From sequence record PX880103.1: a stretch of 64,000 nt of DNA; one strand, written 5' to 3'. This stretch comes from a phage. Position numbers and translations under genes: made by a program. Under the pieces are notes generated by a model that saw only the letters and a list, made by a program, of their open reading frames with translations, was not told the DNA's origin and ran no database searches. Positions 13,301 through 22,564 of the stretch are shown one piece after another (the stretch's first letter is position 1; each line of letters begins with the position of its first letter).

Positions 13301-15007
13301 TTATGGATAGGTATAGATCATACCAGTTTCTAAAGCAGTTTTGTGAATGATGTATCCATTACGCGATTCTTGGACATCAACTTCTGGATAGTCTTTCATC
13401 ATTTTCTGAAGAGTGTAACGATGCAGGTAGTATTTACTATCTGGATCTTCAGTTTTCCAATCTTTACCTTCTTCAGTCATTTTTTGGATTTCATCCATAA
13501 CCCACCAACCGCACCAGATGTAAGCTGAAGTACGATGTGGAAGAGGATGAACATAAGGTAATTCACCTTCTGGTTCCGGAGCAACTTTATCAGTTACCTG
13601 GACTTGACCTTCTGCTGTAATAGTTTTGCTATCATAGTCAACTGCAGTAACGACGGCAGTCACTTCAATAGTTTGACTTCCAACAGATGAAGTATCAACG
13701 GTATATACATTAGTTGATCCTTCTACTGGAGAAGAATCTTTCTTCCATGAATATTCAATTTGCGCTTCTTCTGGAGCATCAGTGACATTAGCAGTAAATG
13801 TAGCCGAAGCATCTTGTTGAACGTTAATAGAAGGAGGAGTCAATGTAACCTGTGGATTCATTGTCTTCTTATTAACCGTTAATGATACTTCATTAGAAGT
13901 AACTGTTTTTGCGTCATAATCCGTTGCTGTTACTTGGGCTACGCATTTAATTTTTTTAACTCCAACTGCAGTAGGAGTATAGTTAAATGTAGCGGAAGTT
14001 GCTTCACTAATTTGTGAATCATCTACATACCACTGATACGTAGCAGATGCTCCATCAGGTTGAGAAGCTAAAGCGGCGGTAAATTCAACAGCTGTTCCAA
14101 TTACTCCGGCACCAGGATTAGCAGGAGTTACAGCTAGGGTAGTCGTTTGTGTTTTCTTGTTAACAGTCAAAGATACTTCATTCGAAGTAACTTCCTTTTC
14201 ATTGTAATTTTCTGCAGTTACTTGAGCTACGCATTTAATTATTTTTACTCCACTTGTAGTTGGAGTGTAATTGAACGTAGCATTAGTTTCTCCAATAACT
14301 TGAGAACCGTCAACATACCATTTATATGTAGCAGATGCTCCAACGGGTTGAGAAGCTAAGGCAGCAGTAAATTGAACTGGGGTTCCGATTACTCCCGCTG
14401 GAGGACTATCAGGAGTTACTGCCAAAGTAGTTGTCTGCTCCTTTTTATTAACAGTCAGTGATACTTCATTCGAAGTAACGCTTAGTGCATCATAATCTGT
14501 CGCAGTTACTTGAGCCACACACTTAATTCTTTTTACGCCGCTTTCGGCAGGAGTGTAATTGAATGTAGCAGAAGTTGCTTCGCCCACAGGAGAATCATCT
14601 ACATACCATTGATAAGTAGCGTTTGCGCCCGATGGCTGCGAAGCTAAAGCGGCTGTAAATTGAACAGCTGTTCCAATTACTCCAGCGTCAGGGCTATTAG
14701 GAGTTACAGCTAAGGTGGTCGTTTGTGTCTTATTTTGAACTGTGATAGTTGTAGTAGCTTCTGCTGTTTCAGCTTCAGCTTCTGGAACTGTATTTGTTGC
14801 AACTACTTTAATAGTCTTTTGACCGGCAGGCCCCTTTAATACATAATTAAAAGTTGCTTCAGCTCCATCTTGTGGAACATTATCTACGCTCCAAGCATAT
14901 GTAATAGTTCCACCTTCAGTTTGACCACTGGGTGCAGCAGTAAACTGCTTGGTTTCATCAATAACCCCTGTCGGTGTTTTAGGAGTTATATCAACTGTAA
15001 AAGTCAT
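13301..15007 (-). CDS. hoc: Hoc outer capsid decoration protein, expanded to five Ig-like modules
   Basis: 568 aa; N- and C-termini match my recollection of T4 Hoc (376 aa); three ~96-aa near-identical tandem Ig-like repeats plus two diverged ones. Confidence 0.9.
   Translation of the reverse strand: MTFTVDITPKTPTGVIDETKQFTAAPSGQTEGGTITYAWSVDNVPQDGAEATFNYVLKGPAGQKTIKVVATNTVPEAEAETAEATTTITVQNKTQTTTLAVTPNSPDAGVIGTAVQFTAALASQPSGANATYQWYVDDSPVGEATSATFNYTPAESGVKRIKCVAQVTATDYDALSVTSNEVSLTVNKKEQTTTLAVTPDSPPAGVIGTPVQFTAALASQPVGASATYKWYVDGSQVIGETNATFNYTPTTSGVKIIKCVAQVTAENYNEKEVTSNEVSLTVNKKTQTTTLAVTPANPGAGVIGTAVEFTAALASQPDGASATYQWYVDDSQISEATSATFNYTPTAVGVKKIKCVAQVTATDYDAKTVTSNEVSLTVNKKTMNPQVTLTPPSINVQQDASATFTANVTDAPEEAQIEYSWKKDSSPVEGSTNVYTVDTSSVGSQTIEVTAVVTAVDYDSKTITAEGQVQVTDKVAPEPEGELPYVHPLPHRTSAYIWCGWWVMDEIQKMTEEGKDWKTEDPDSKYYLHRYTLQKMMKDYPEVDVQESRNGYIIHKTALETGMIYTYP
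13858..14722. repeat. three diverged tandem ~288-bp repeats encoding Ig-like modules within hoc
   Basis: Protein repeats 2-4 are ~80-90% identical; the DNA copies are clearly related but diverged. Confidence 0.75.
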
Positions 15008-15016
15008 AAGTTATCC

Positions 15017-15697
15017 TTATTTTAATGTTACGAAAGAAGAATTACGTGTTTCACGAATTAGAACTGATCCGTCGCGATTAATGTAATAAATTAAGCTAAA
15101 TAAAGTTTGGTGCGCAGACGCATGTTCAAAACTAGTTGGGTGAGATTTCCAATCTGGAGTTTCAGCAATCCATTGGTAAATCCACCAAGGAACAGTGCAG
15201 AATCCTGGATTTTTTCCAATCAGCTGAAGATTTGGGCTAAAGTTTTCCGGAAGAGTAAATACAGACGGCTTTTCAGATTCAATAATCTCAGCTACAGACT
15301 GCTCGAATTTTTCTTCAACAAAAGAAGTATCTTCAATCAAAACATCGGTATTTTCAGGAATTTTATCCATTTCTACTACTTCAATTTTAATGTCAGATTT
15401 AACCGGAGAATCAATCAGAAGTGCTGCCTCTGGATTGACTTCTTCATCGTCATATTTTAATCCGTCTGCGGCATCAGCAGCATCAATTAAGTCTTTAATA
15501 GATAACCCATCAGTCTCTGGCATAGGTTCACTAGCGAGCTTCTGGAGGGCTTCTTCAATATCATTAACGATATTATCAAAAGATTTATTCTTTTTGACCT
15601 TTATACCAAACTGTTCAGCATATTCAGCTAATTTAGCTTTAGCTTCTTTATTATCATCAAGAGCCTTCAGCTCTGCAATATAATCTTTATCTATCAT
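15017..15697 (-). CDS. inh: Inh, inhibitor of prohead protease
   Basis: 226 aa as in T4 Inh (hoc.1); directly upstream of hoc. Confidence 0.85.
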   Translation of the reverse strand: MIDKDYIAELKALDDNKEAKAKLAEYAEQFGIKVKKNKSFDNIVNDIEEALQKLASEPMPETDGLSIKDLIDAADAADGLKYDDEEVNPEAALLIDSPVKSDIKIEVVEMDKIPENTDVLIEDTSFVEEKFEQSVAEIIESEKPSVFTLPENFSPNLQLIGKNPGFCTVPWWIYQWIAETPDWKSHPTSFEHASAHQTLFSLIYYINRDGSVLIRETRNSSFVTLK

Positions 15698-15710
15698 AAT
15701 ATTTCCTCAG

Positions 15711-15718
15711 TATAAATA
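15711..15718 (+). promoter_or_regulatory. late promoter (TATAAATA) upstream of segE
   Basis: Exact TATAAATA 29 nt upstream of the endonuclease ATG. Confidence 0.5.
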
Positions 15719-15746
15719 TAGATATATTTATTACTCGGAAAATAGT

Positions 15747-16364
15747 ATGTACCACTTTGTATACGAAACAACAAATCTAATAAATGGTAAAAAGTATATA
15801 GGAAAGCACTCTACTGACGACCTGAATGATGGCTACCTTGGTTCCGGTAAGGCAATTCAGCAGGCTATAAAGAAATATGGTGAAAACAATTTCTCTAGAA
15901 AAATACTAAAAGAGTTTAAAACTTCCGAAGAAGCGTACATGTATGAAGAAGAAATTATAACTCCTGAACTAATAAAAAGCAAAAATTATTATAATATGAA
16001 ACCTGGTGGAATTGGTGGAATTGTTATGACTACAGAGGTTATAGCAAAGATGAAAGAATCTTCCGCTAAGAGATTTGAAAACTCACCTGGTACGGTATTA
16101 GGTACAACTTGTTACACTAATGGAACTAAAAATATTTTTATTAAGCCTGGAGAACTTGTTCCAGAAGGATTTGTAAAAGGGATGGTTCATCCTAATAGAA
16201 AGTCCAGAAAAGGATGCAAAGTCAAACCGACTACAACAGGAACTTTTTGGGTCAATAATGGCGCAATAAATAAATTAATACAACCAGACGGTATTATTCC
16301 CGACGGATTTATTAAAGGTCGTCTCATGAAAAGAGATTCTAAAGGCAAATTTAGTAAGGCATAA
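15747..16364 (+). CDS. segE: GIY-YIG homing endonuclease (Seg family)
   Basis: 205 aa; N-terminal GIY-YIG module (YIGKHSTDD...GYLGSGK); free-standing between inh and uvsW, where I recall T4 segE. Confidence 0.75.
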   Translation: MYHFVYETTNLINGKKYIGKHSTDDLNDGYLGSGKAIQQAIKKYGENNFSRKILKEFKTSEEAYMYEEEIITPELIKSKNYYNMKPGGIGGIVMTTEVIAKMKESSAKRFENSPGTVLGTTCYTNGTKNIFIKPGELVPEGFVKGMVHPNRKSRKGCKVKPTTTGTFWVNNGAINKLIQPDGIIPDGFIKGRLMKRDSKGKFSKA

Positions 16365-16366
16365 TT

Positions 16367-17875
16367 ATGGATATTAAAGTACATTTTCACGACTTCAGTC
16401 ATGTACGCATCGATTGTGAAGAGAGCACGTTCCACGAATTAAGAGATTTCTTTTCGTTTGAGGCCGATGGATATAGGTTTAATCCTCGCTTCAGATATGG
16501 CAACTGGGATGGACGAATCCGTCTTTTAGATTATAATCGTCTTCTTCCATTCGGCTTAGTCGGGCAAATTAAAAAGTTCTGTGATAACTTTGGCTATAAA
16601 GCCTGGATTGACCCGCAAATTAACGAAAAAGAAGAATTATCAAGAAAAGATTTTGATGAATGGCTTTCTAAATTAGAAATCTATTCAGGAAATAAAAGAA
16701 TTGAACCACACTGGTATCAAAAAGATGCAGTGTTCGAAGGATTAGTTAATCGTCGTAGAATTCTTAATCTTCCAACATCCGCTGGTAAATCTTTAATTCA
16801 AGCTTTGCTTGCGCGATATTATTTGGAAAATTATGAAGGTAAAATTCTTATCATTGTTCCAACAACTGCTCTGACAACTCAGATGGCTGATGACTTCGTT
16901 GACTATCGTTTATTCAGTCATGCAATGATAAAGAAAATTGGTGGCGGAGCATCAAAAGATGATAAATATAAAAATGATGCACCAGTCGTTGTTGGTACAT
17001 GGCAAACTGTAGTTAAACAACCGAAAGAATGGTTCTCACAGTTTGGAATGATGATGAATGATGAATGCCATCTTGCTACAGGAAAAAGTATTTCATCTAT
17101 CATATCAGGATTAAATAATTGCATGTTTAAATTTGGTTTGTCTGGTTCATTACGTGATGGAAAAGCCAATATCATGCAGTATGTTGGAATGTTTGGTGAA
17201 ATATTTAAGCCAGTAACGACTTCTAAATTAATGGAAGATGGACAAGTAACTGAGCTAAAAATTAATAGTATTTTTCTTCGCTATCCCGATGAGTTCACTA
17301 CTAAATTAAAGGGAAAAACTTACCAAGAAGAAATAAAAATTATTACTGGGCTTAGTAAAAGAAATAAATGGATCGCTAAATTAGCTATTAAGCTTGCGCA
17401 AAAAGATGAAAATGCTTTTGTCATGTTTAAACATGTGTCACATGGTAAAGCTATTTTCGATTTAATTAAAAATGAATACGATAAAGTTTATTACGTATCA
17501 GGGGAAGTTGATACCGAAACCCGCAATATAATGAAAACCTTAGCTGAAAACGGTAAAGGAATAATTATAGTAGCTAGTTATGGTGTATTTTCTACTGGTA
17601 TTTCAGTTAAAAATCTGCATCACGTTGTTTTAGCGCACGGTGTTAAATCAAAAATCATTGTATTACAAACAATCGGTCGTGTATTACGTAAGCATGGTTC
17701 TAAAACAATCGCAACTGTCTGGGACCTCATAGATGATTGCGGCGTTAAGCCAAAATCTGCTAATACGAAAAAGAAATATGTTCATTTGAACTATCTTTTA
17801 AAACACGGCATTGATCGTATTCAGCGCTACGCAGATGAAAAATTTAATTACGTAATGAAAACAGTTAATTTATAA
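16367..17875 (+). CDS. uvsW: UvsW DNA helicase
   Basis: 502 aa; Walker A (PTSAGKS) and DECH box; synteny. Confidence 0.92.
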   Translation: MDIKVHFHDFSHVRIDCEESTFHELRDFFSFEADGYRFNPRFRYGNWDGRIRLLDYNRLLPFGLVGQIKKFCDNFGYKAWIDPQINEKEELSRKDFDEWLSKLEIYSGNKRIEPHWYQKDAVFEGLVNRRRILNLPTSAGKSLIQALLARYYLENYEGKILIIVPTTALTTQMADDFVDYRLFSHAMIKKIGGGASKDDKYKNDAPVVVGTWQTVVKQPKEWFSQFGMMMNDECHLATGKSISSIISGLNNCMFKFGLSGSLRDGKANIMQYVGMFGEIFKPVTTSKLMEDGQVTELKINSIFLRYPDEFTTKLKGKTYQEEIKIITGLSKRNKWIAKLAIKLAQKDENAFVMFKHVSHGKAIFDLIKNEYDKVYYVSGEVDTETRNIMKTLAENGKGIIIVASYGVFSTGISVKNLHHVVLAHGVKSKIIVLQTIGRVLRKHGSKTIATVWDLIDDCGVKPKSANTKKKYVHLNYLLKHGIDRIQRYADEKFNYVMKTVNL

Positions 17876-17888
17876 GGGCTTCGGCCCT

Positions 17889-18131
17889 TTGGAGAAAAAG
17901 ATGTTACTAGAATTTAAACAATTTCTTTATGAAGCTTCTATTGATGAATTTATGGGTAAAATTGCCTCTTGTCAAACATTAGAAGGTTTAGAAGAACTTG
18001 AAGCTTATTATAAGAAAAGAGTCAAAGAAACTGAATTAAAAGATACTGATGACATCTCAGTCAGAGATGCTTTGGCAGGAAAAAGAGCTGAATTAGAAGA
18101 TTCAGACGATGAAGTAGAAGAAAGCTTTTAA
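17889..18131 (+). CDS. uvsW.1: UvsW.1 small helical protein
   Basis: 80-aa ORF just after uvsW, separated by a GGGCTTCGGCCC hairpin, own RBS GGAGAAAAAG. Confidence 0.75.
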   Translation: MEKKMLLEFKQFLYEASIDEFMGKIASCQTLEGLEELEAYYKKRVKETELKDTDDISVRDALAGKRAELEDSDDEVEESF

Positions 18132-18186
18132 ATTAAAAAAGGCCCAACCAAAAAGGAAGGGCCAAAACTATAGACTAAAGGTCACA

Positions 18187-18354
18187 CTATAGCAAAAGTT
18201 GTGTTTCATTTAATTGTTCTTCCGAACTTTCTGAAACTGGTAGTTCTTTAATGTAATTATAGCAAGGCCCAGGATGTACAGGACCTTTGTCTGTTTCAAC
18301 AACCAATGCAGAATCGATTGGAGTTTTACAGACAACACAAATCTTATCTGACAT
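18187..18354 (-). CDS. small hypothetical protein (55 aa), absent from the ORF track
   Basis: ATG preceded by GAGGAG at 6-nt spacing; MSDKICVVCKTPIDSALVVETDKGPVHPGPCYNYIKELPVSESSEEQLNETQLLL; fills the gap downstream of the 74-aa ORF. Confidence 0.55.
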   Translation of the reverse strand: MSDKICVVCKTPIDSALVVETDKGPVHPGPCYNYIKELPVSESSEEQLNETQLLL

Positions 18355-18382
18355 GATTGTCTCCTCTGAATTATATATCTAT

Positions 18383-18607
18383 TTATACAACTCTCATATG
18401 CATATCAATGCCCATATCTTTAGAATAAAAATATTCATCAAGATATCCGGCAAATTTTCCTTTAATATAAAGGACATCTTCACCACACGGGTGGTCGGCC
18501 AGGATACGAATATCCTGACGCTTAAGATTATACTTTTTCATTAAGAATTGAATTTCTGTTTCAAATTCTTCTTCATAATTAAAAGCATCATCAATGCTAT
18601 ATCTCAT
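18383..18607 (-). CDS. hypothetical small protein (uvsY-adjacent ORF)
   Basis: 74-aa ORF directly downstream of uvsY. Confidence 0.6.
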   Translation of the reverse strand: MRYSIDDAFNYEEEFETEIQFLMKKYNLKRQDIRILADHPCGEDVLYIKGKFAGYLDEYFYSKDMGIDMHMRVV

Positions 18608-19020
18608 TATTTTCCAGCCTCAAATGCCCGCATGTCTTGAATATGCTTAATAGCAAATCCACGTGATTTAATAGCATCAAGAGCTCCGCTACAGAAATCT
18701 AATAAAATCCCCCAATACTGTAACGAGGTATCAACCTTTAAAACATCCTTATCAGCTGATAGAACTGTCTTCATTTCTGATTTCTCATAACGATCCATAC
18801 TAAATTCATCACCATCTCCTCGTCCCGAGTAGTAGTCTAATTTAGCTTTAAGAGCAACTTTTTTCTGTGCTTCAATTCTAAGCATTTCCTTTTTAATACT
18901 TGAATGCTTATTAAGCCATTTACTATATAACATCACATTATTAGCTGCTTCATACTGTAATTTAGTCGAATCTATAAACACATCTTTCTTCAATTCTTCT
19001 TGAAGATCTTCTAATCTCAT
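18607..19020 (-). CDS. uvsY: UvsY recombination mediator
   Basis: 137 aa as in T4 UvsY; between gene 25 and uvsW. Confidence 0.9.
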   Translation of the reverse strand: MRLEDLQEELKKDVFIDSTKLQYEAANNVMLYSKWLNKHSSIKKEMLRIEAQKKVALKAKLDYYSGRGDGDEFSMDRYEKSEMKTVLSADKDVLKVDTSLQYWGILLDFCSGALDAIKSRGFAIKHIQDMRAFEAGK

Positions 19021-19086
19021 ATTGTTCTCTATTCAATTGTTATTGGATGGACTTAGATTCATTATACCACGTTTATACGTGAAGCA

Positions 19087-19485
19087 TTATACTCTATTAC
19101 TGGAAGCCAGTTGTAGTTTTATCTGCTCAATATCATCAGGGTTATCAATGACCGAAAAGCGTATTTCTACTATCAGAGTGTAATCATCATAAACTGGTAT
19201 CACATTAACTGCTAATTTATCAATACGTGGCTCATAGTTTCTTACTGCGCTTTCGATATTGCGCTCAACTGTGTCAGCAGTAAGAGGAGTCATATTTTCA
19301 AAAAGCTGGTCTGATAAATCACATCCAAATTCAGGGTCAAACGGTCTTGAACCTTTTCTTGTTGTAATAATTCCCAAAAGACTGTTTTTAATTGACCTTA
19401 ATCCAAGCGATCTGGAAACGTCTTTGTTCCAATCCATTTTCATTTCCGGGTCAATGTCAGAATAAAGCTTATTAATATTTGACAT
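19087..19485 (-). CDS. 25: baseplate wedge protein gp25
   Basis: 132 aa as in T4 gp25; synteny. Confidence 0.9.
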   Translation of the reverse strand: MSNINKLYSDIDPEMKMDWNKDVSRSLGLRSIKNSLLGIITTRKGSRPFDPEFGCDLSDQLFENMTPLTADTVERNIESAVRNYEPRIDKLAVNVIPVYDDYTLIVEIRFSVIDNPDDIEQIKLQLASSNRV

Positions 19486-20111
19486 TATAGTAACTCAAAG
19501 AACTCTTTGAGGCCTCTTATTACGTGAGCATGGGTTTTTCCACACTCTGGACACTTAATTGGAACAGCCAAATAAACAGTAGGCTTTAAAAGCATATCTT
19601 TTATAGCTACAATATCTGACTCTGTGATGATAGAATATAAATCTTCCAGTTCTTTTTCATTTAAGTCTTCAACTGGAATGCTTTCCCCGTTAGCATGAAT
19701 CGTTTCTATACATGATACTATCATGTGGGCTATATTTTTATCATCAAAAATTTTAGGGTATCGGAATTTAATTTTAATGTCACCCAGTGTATACCAGAGG
19801 TCTTCTGGTGCATCTATTTGTGTATGTAATAGATTTATATGGGTTGGTATTTCAGTTCCACAGGTGCACTTCCAGGAGTTTTCGTGATTAACTTCGCCGA
19901 GAGAATGTGCCCATAAATGAATCAACAATAGTTCTGATTCTTGGCGGTTTAAATCTTTTGCATTTGTGCAGTCTTTGATTAGCTTTTTAACAATTACTTC
20001 TACGGAACCATTATTTTTGGCAGTAATAAGTTCTAGATATTCTTTAAGCGTGAATGCGCGACAATTGATTATTTTAGAACCAACTCTCACATCAAATTTG
20101 TATTCATACAT
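19485..20111 (-). CDS. 26: baseplate hub protein gp26
   Basis: 208 aa as in T4 gp26; AAGGAG RBS; divergent from gene 51. Confidence 0.88.
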   Translation of the reverse strand: MYEYKFDVRVGSKIINCRAFTLKEYLELITAKNNGSVEVIVKKLIKDCTNAKDLNRQESELLLIHLWAHSLGEVNHENSWKCTCGTEIPTHINLLHTQIDAPEDLWYTLGDIKIKFRYPKIFDDKNIAHMIVSCIETIHANGESIPVEDLNEKELEDLYSIITESDIVAIKDMLLKPTVYLAVPIKCPECGKTHAHVIRGLKEFFELL

Positions 20112-20132
20112 ATTTAGCTCCTTTATTTATCA

Positions 20133-20140
20133 TATTTATA
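20133..20140 (-). promoter_or_regulatory. late promoter (TATAAATA on minus strand) for genes 26/25
   Basis: Plus-strand TATTTATA overlaps the gene 51 box, forming TATTTATAAATA. Confidence 0.55.
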
Positions 20141-20144
20141 AATA
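20137..20144 (+). promoter_or_regulatory. late promoter (TATAAATA) for gene 51
   Basis: Exact TATAAATA 18 nt upstream of the gene 51 ATG. Confidence 0.6.
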
Positions 20145-20161
20145 GAATAAAAGGAGCATCT

Positions 20162-20911
20162 ATGGCAAACATTATTCGTTGTAAATTACCAGATGGTGTT
20201 CATCGTTTTAAACCATTTACGGTAGAAGATTATCGAGATTTTTTGTTAGTTCGAAACGATATAGAACATCGGTCACCACAAGAACAAAAAGAAATAATTA
20301 CTGATTTAATTGATGATTATTTTGGAGACTATCCGAAGACTTGGCAACCATTTATATTTTTGCAGGTATTTGTAGGGTCGATAGGTAAAACTAAAGTACC
20401 GGTTACATTTGTATGTCCAAAATGTAAAAAAGAAAAGACAGTTCCATTTGAAATATATCAAAAAGAATTAAAGGAACCTGTTTTTGATGTAGCTAATGTT
20501 AAAATTAAATTAAAGTTTCCTTCTGAGTTTTATGAAAATAAAGCAAAGATGATTACTGAAAATATTCATTCTGTTCAAGTAGATGAAATATGGTATGATT
20601 GGAAGGAAATTAGTGAATCAAGCCAAATAGAACTTGTTGACGCCATCGAGATAGAAACATTAGAAAAAATTCTCGATGCAATGAATCCTATTAATTTAAC
20701 TCTACATATGTCATGCTGTAATAAGTACATTAAAAAATACACTGATATAGTAGACGTGTTTAAGCTATTAGTTAACCCAGATGAGATATTTACTTTTTAT
20801 CAAATTAATCACACACTCGTAAAAAGTAATTATAGCTTAAATTCAATAATGAAAATGATTCCTGCTGAGCGCGGATTCGTATTAAAACTGATTGAGAAGG
20901 ATAAACAATAA
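20162..20911 (+). CDS. 51: baseplate hub assembly catalyst gp51
   Basis: 249 aa as in T4 gp51; late promoter 20137-20144. Confidence 0.88.
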   Translation: MANIIRCKLPDGVHRFKPFTVEDYRDFLLVRNDIEHRSPQEQKEIITDLIDDYFGDYPKTWQPFIFLQVFVGSIGKTKVPVTFVCPKCKKEKTVPFEIYQKELKEPVFDVANVKIKLKFPSEFYENKAKMITENIHSVQVDEIWYDWKEISESSQIELVDAIEIETLEKILDAMNPINLTLHMSCCNKYIKKYTDIVDVFKLLVNPDEIFTFYQINHTLVKSNYSLNSIMKMIPAERGFVLKLIEKDKQ

Positions 20912-22086
20912 TGAGTATGTTGCAACGCCCCGGATATCCAAATCTCAGCGTTAAATTATTTGATAGCTACGACGCTTGGAGTAATAATAGATTTGTTGAA
21001 TTAGCTGCTACTATTACAACATTAACTATGCGGGATTCTCTTTATGGCCGAAATGAAGGAATGCTACAGTTTTATGATTCTAAAAACATTCATACAAAAA
21101 TGGATGGAAATGAAATAATTCAGATTTCTGTAGCTAATGCAAATGATATTAATAATGTTAAAACACGAATTTATGGATGTAAGCATTTTTCCGTGTCAGT
21201 AGATTCAAAAGGTGATAACATCATTGCTATTGAATTGGGAACTATTCATTCTATAGAAAATCTTAAATTTGGTAGACCATTTTTCCCTGATGCAGGTGAA
21301 TCTATAAAAGAAATGCTTGGTGTCATTTATCAGGATCGCACATTATTAACTCCAGCAATAAATGCTATAAATGCTTATGTTCCTGATATTCCATGGACTA
21401 GCACATTTGAAAACTATTTGTCATATGTAAGAGAAGTTGCTCTAGCTGTAGGAAGCGACAAATTTGTATTTGTATGGCAAGACATCATGGGAGTTAACAT
21501 GATGGACTATGATATGATGATAAATCAAGAACCATATCCAATGATTGTCGGTGAGCCATCTTTAATAGGTCAATTCATTCAAGAATTAAAATATCCATTA
21601 GCATATGATTTTGTTTGGTTGACTAAATCGAATCCTCACAAACGTGACCCAATGAAAAACGCTACTATCTATGCTCATTCATTTTTAGATTCTTCAATAC
21701 CAATGATTACTACAGGAAAGGGTGAAAACTCTATTGTGGTGTCAAGGTCAGGTGCTTATTCTGAAATGACTTATAGGAATGGATATGAAGAAGCTATTCG
21801 TCTTCAAACTATGGCACAATATGACGGTTATGCTAAATGTTCTACTGTCGGTAATTTTAACTTGACTCCTGGTGTTAAAATTATTTTTAATGATAGTAAA
21901 AACCAATTTAAAACAGAATTTTACGTTGATGAAGTTATCCATGAATTATCCAATAATAATTCAGTAACTCATTTATATATGTTCACTAATGCAACGAAAC
22001 TGGAAACAATAGACCCAGTTAAGGTTAAAAATGAATTTAAATCTGATACTACCACTGAAGAAAGTAGTTCTTCCAATAAGCAATAA
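20911..22086 (+). CDS. 27: baseplate hub protein gp27
   Basis: 391 aa as in T4 gp27. Confidence 0.92.
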   Translation: MSMLQRPGYPNLSVKLFDSYDAWSNNRFVELAATITTLTMRDSLYGRNEGMLQFYDSKNIHTKMDGNEIIQISVANANDINNVKTRIYGCKHFSVSVDSKGDNIIAIELGTIHSIENLKFGRPFFPDAGESIKEMLGVIYQDRTLLTPAINAINAYVPDIPWTSTFENYLSYVREVALAVGSDKFVFVWQDIMGVNMMDYDMMINQEPYPMIVGEPSLIGQFIQELKYPLAYDFVWLTKSNPHKRDPMKNATIYAHSFLDSSIPMITTGKGENSIVVSRSGAYSEMTYRNGYEEAIRLQTMAQYDGYAKCSTVGNFNLTPGVKIIFNDSKNQFKTEFYVDEVIHELSNNNSVTHLYMFTNATKLETIDPVKVKNEFKSDTTTEESSSSNKQ

Positions 22087-22564
22087 AGAAGTTTCTATTC
22101 CTAAAATGGGTCTTAAACATTATAACATTTTAAAAGATGTTAAAGGTCCTGATGAAAATTTAAAACTTCTTATTGATTCTATTTGTCCAAATTTATCACC
22201 GGCAGAAGTTGATTTCGTTTCTATTCATTTATTGGAATTTAATGGAAAGATTAAATCTCGTAAAGAAATAGATGGCTATACTTATGACATTAATGATGTT
22301 TATGTATGCCAAAGATTAGAATTTCAATACCAAGGAAATACATTTTATTTTAGACCTCCTGGAAAATTTGAACAATTTTTAACGGTGAGCGATATGTTAT
22401 CTAAATGCTTACTTAAGGTCAATGATGAAGTTAAAGAAATTAATTTTCTTGAGATGCCAGCATTCGTTTTAAAATGGGCAAATGATATTTTTACAACTTT
22501 AGCAATTCCTGGCCCTAATGGTCCAATAACTGGAATTGGCAATATTATTGGATTATTTGAATGA
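22031..22564 (+). CDS. 28: baseplate hub distal protein gp28
   Basis: 177 aa as in T4 gp28; overlaps the 3' end of gene 27 in another frame. Confidence 0.85.
   Translation: MNLNLILPLKKVVLPISNKEVSIPKMGLKHYNILKDVKGPDENLKLLIDSICPNLSPAEVDFVSIHLLEFNGKIKSRKEIDGYTYDINDVYVCQRLEFQYQGNTFYFRPPGKFEQFLTVSDMLSKCLLKVNDEVKEINFLEMPAFVLKWANDIFTTLAIPGPNGPITGIGNIIGLFE

Noticed and set aside
13858-14722. Ig-module repeats in hoc as an assembly artefact or recent duplication
   Set aside because: The DNA copies are clearly diverged, which argues for an old, genuine expansion.
16367-18131. uvsW followed by an 80-aa ORF in another frame, as a possible frameshift
   Set aside because: The two ORFs are separated by a stop, a hairpin and a separate RBS, matching the known uvsW plus uvsW.1 arrangement.
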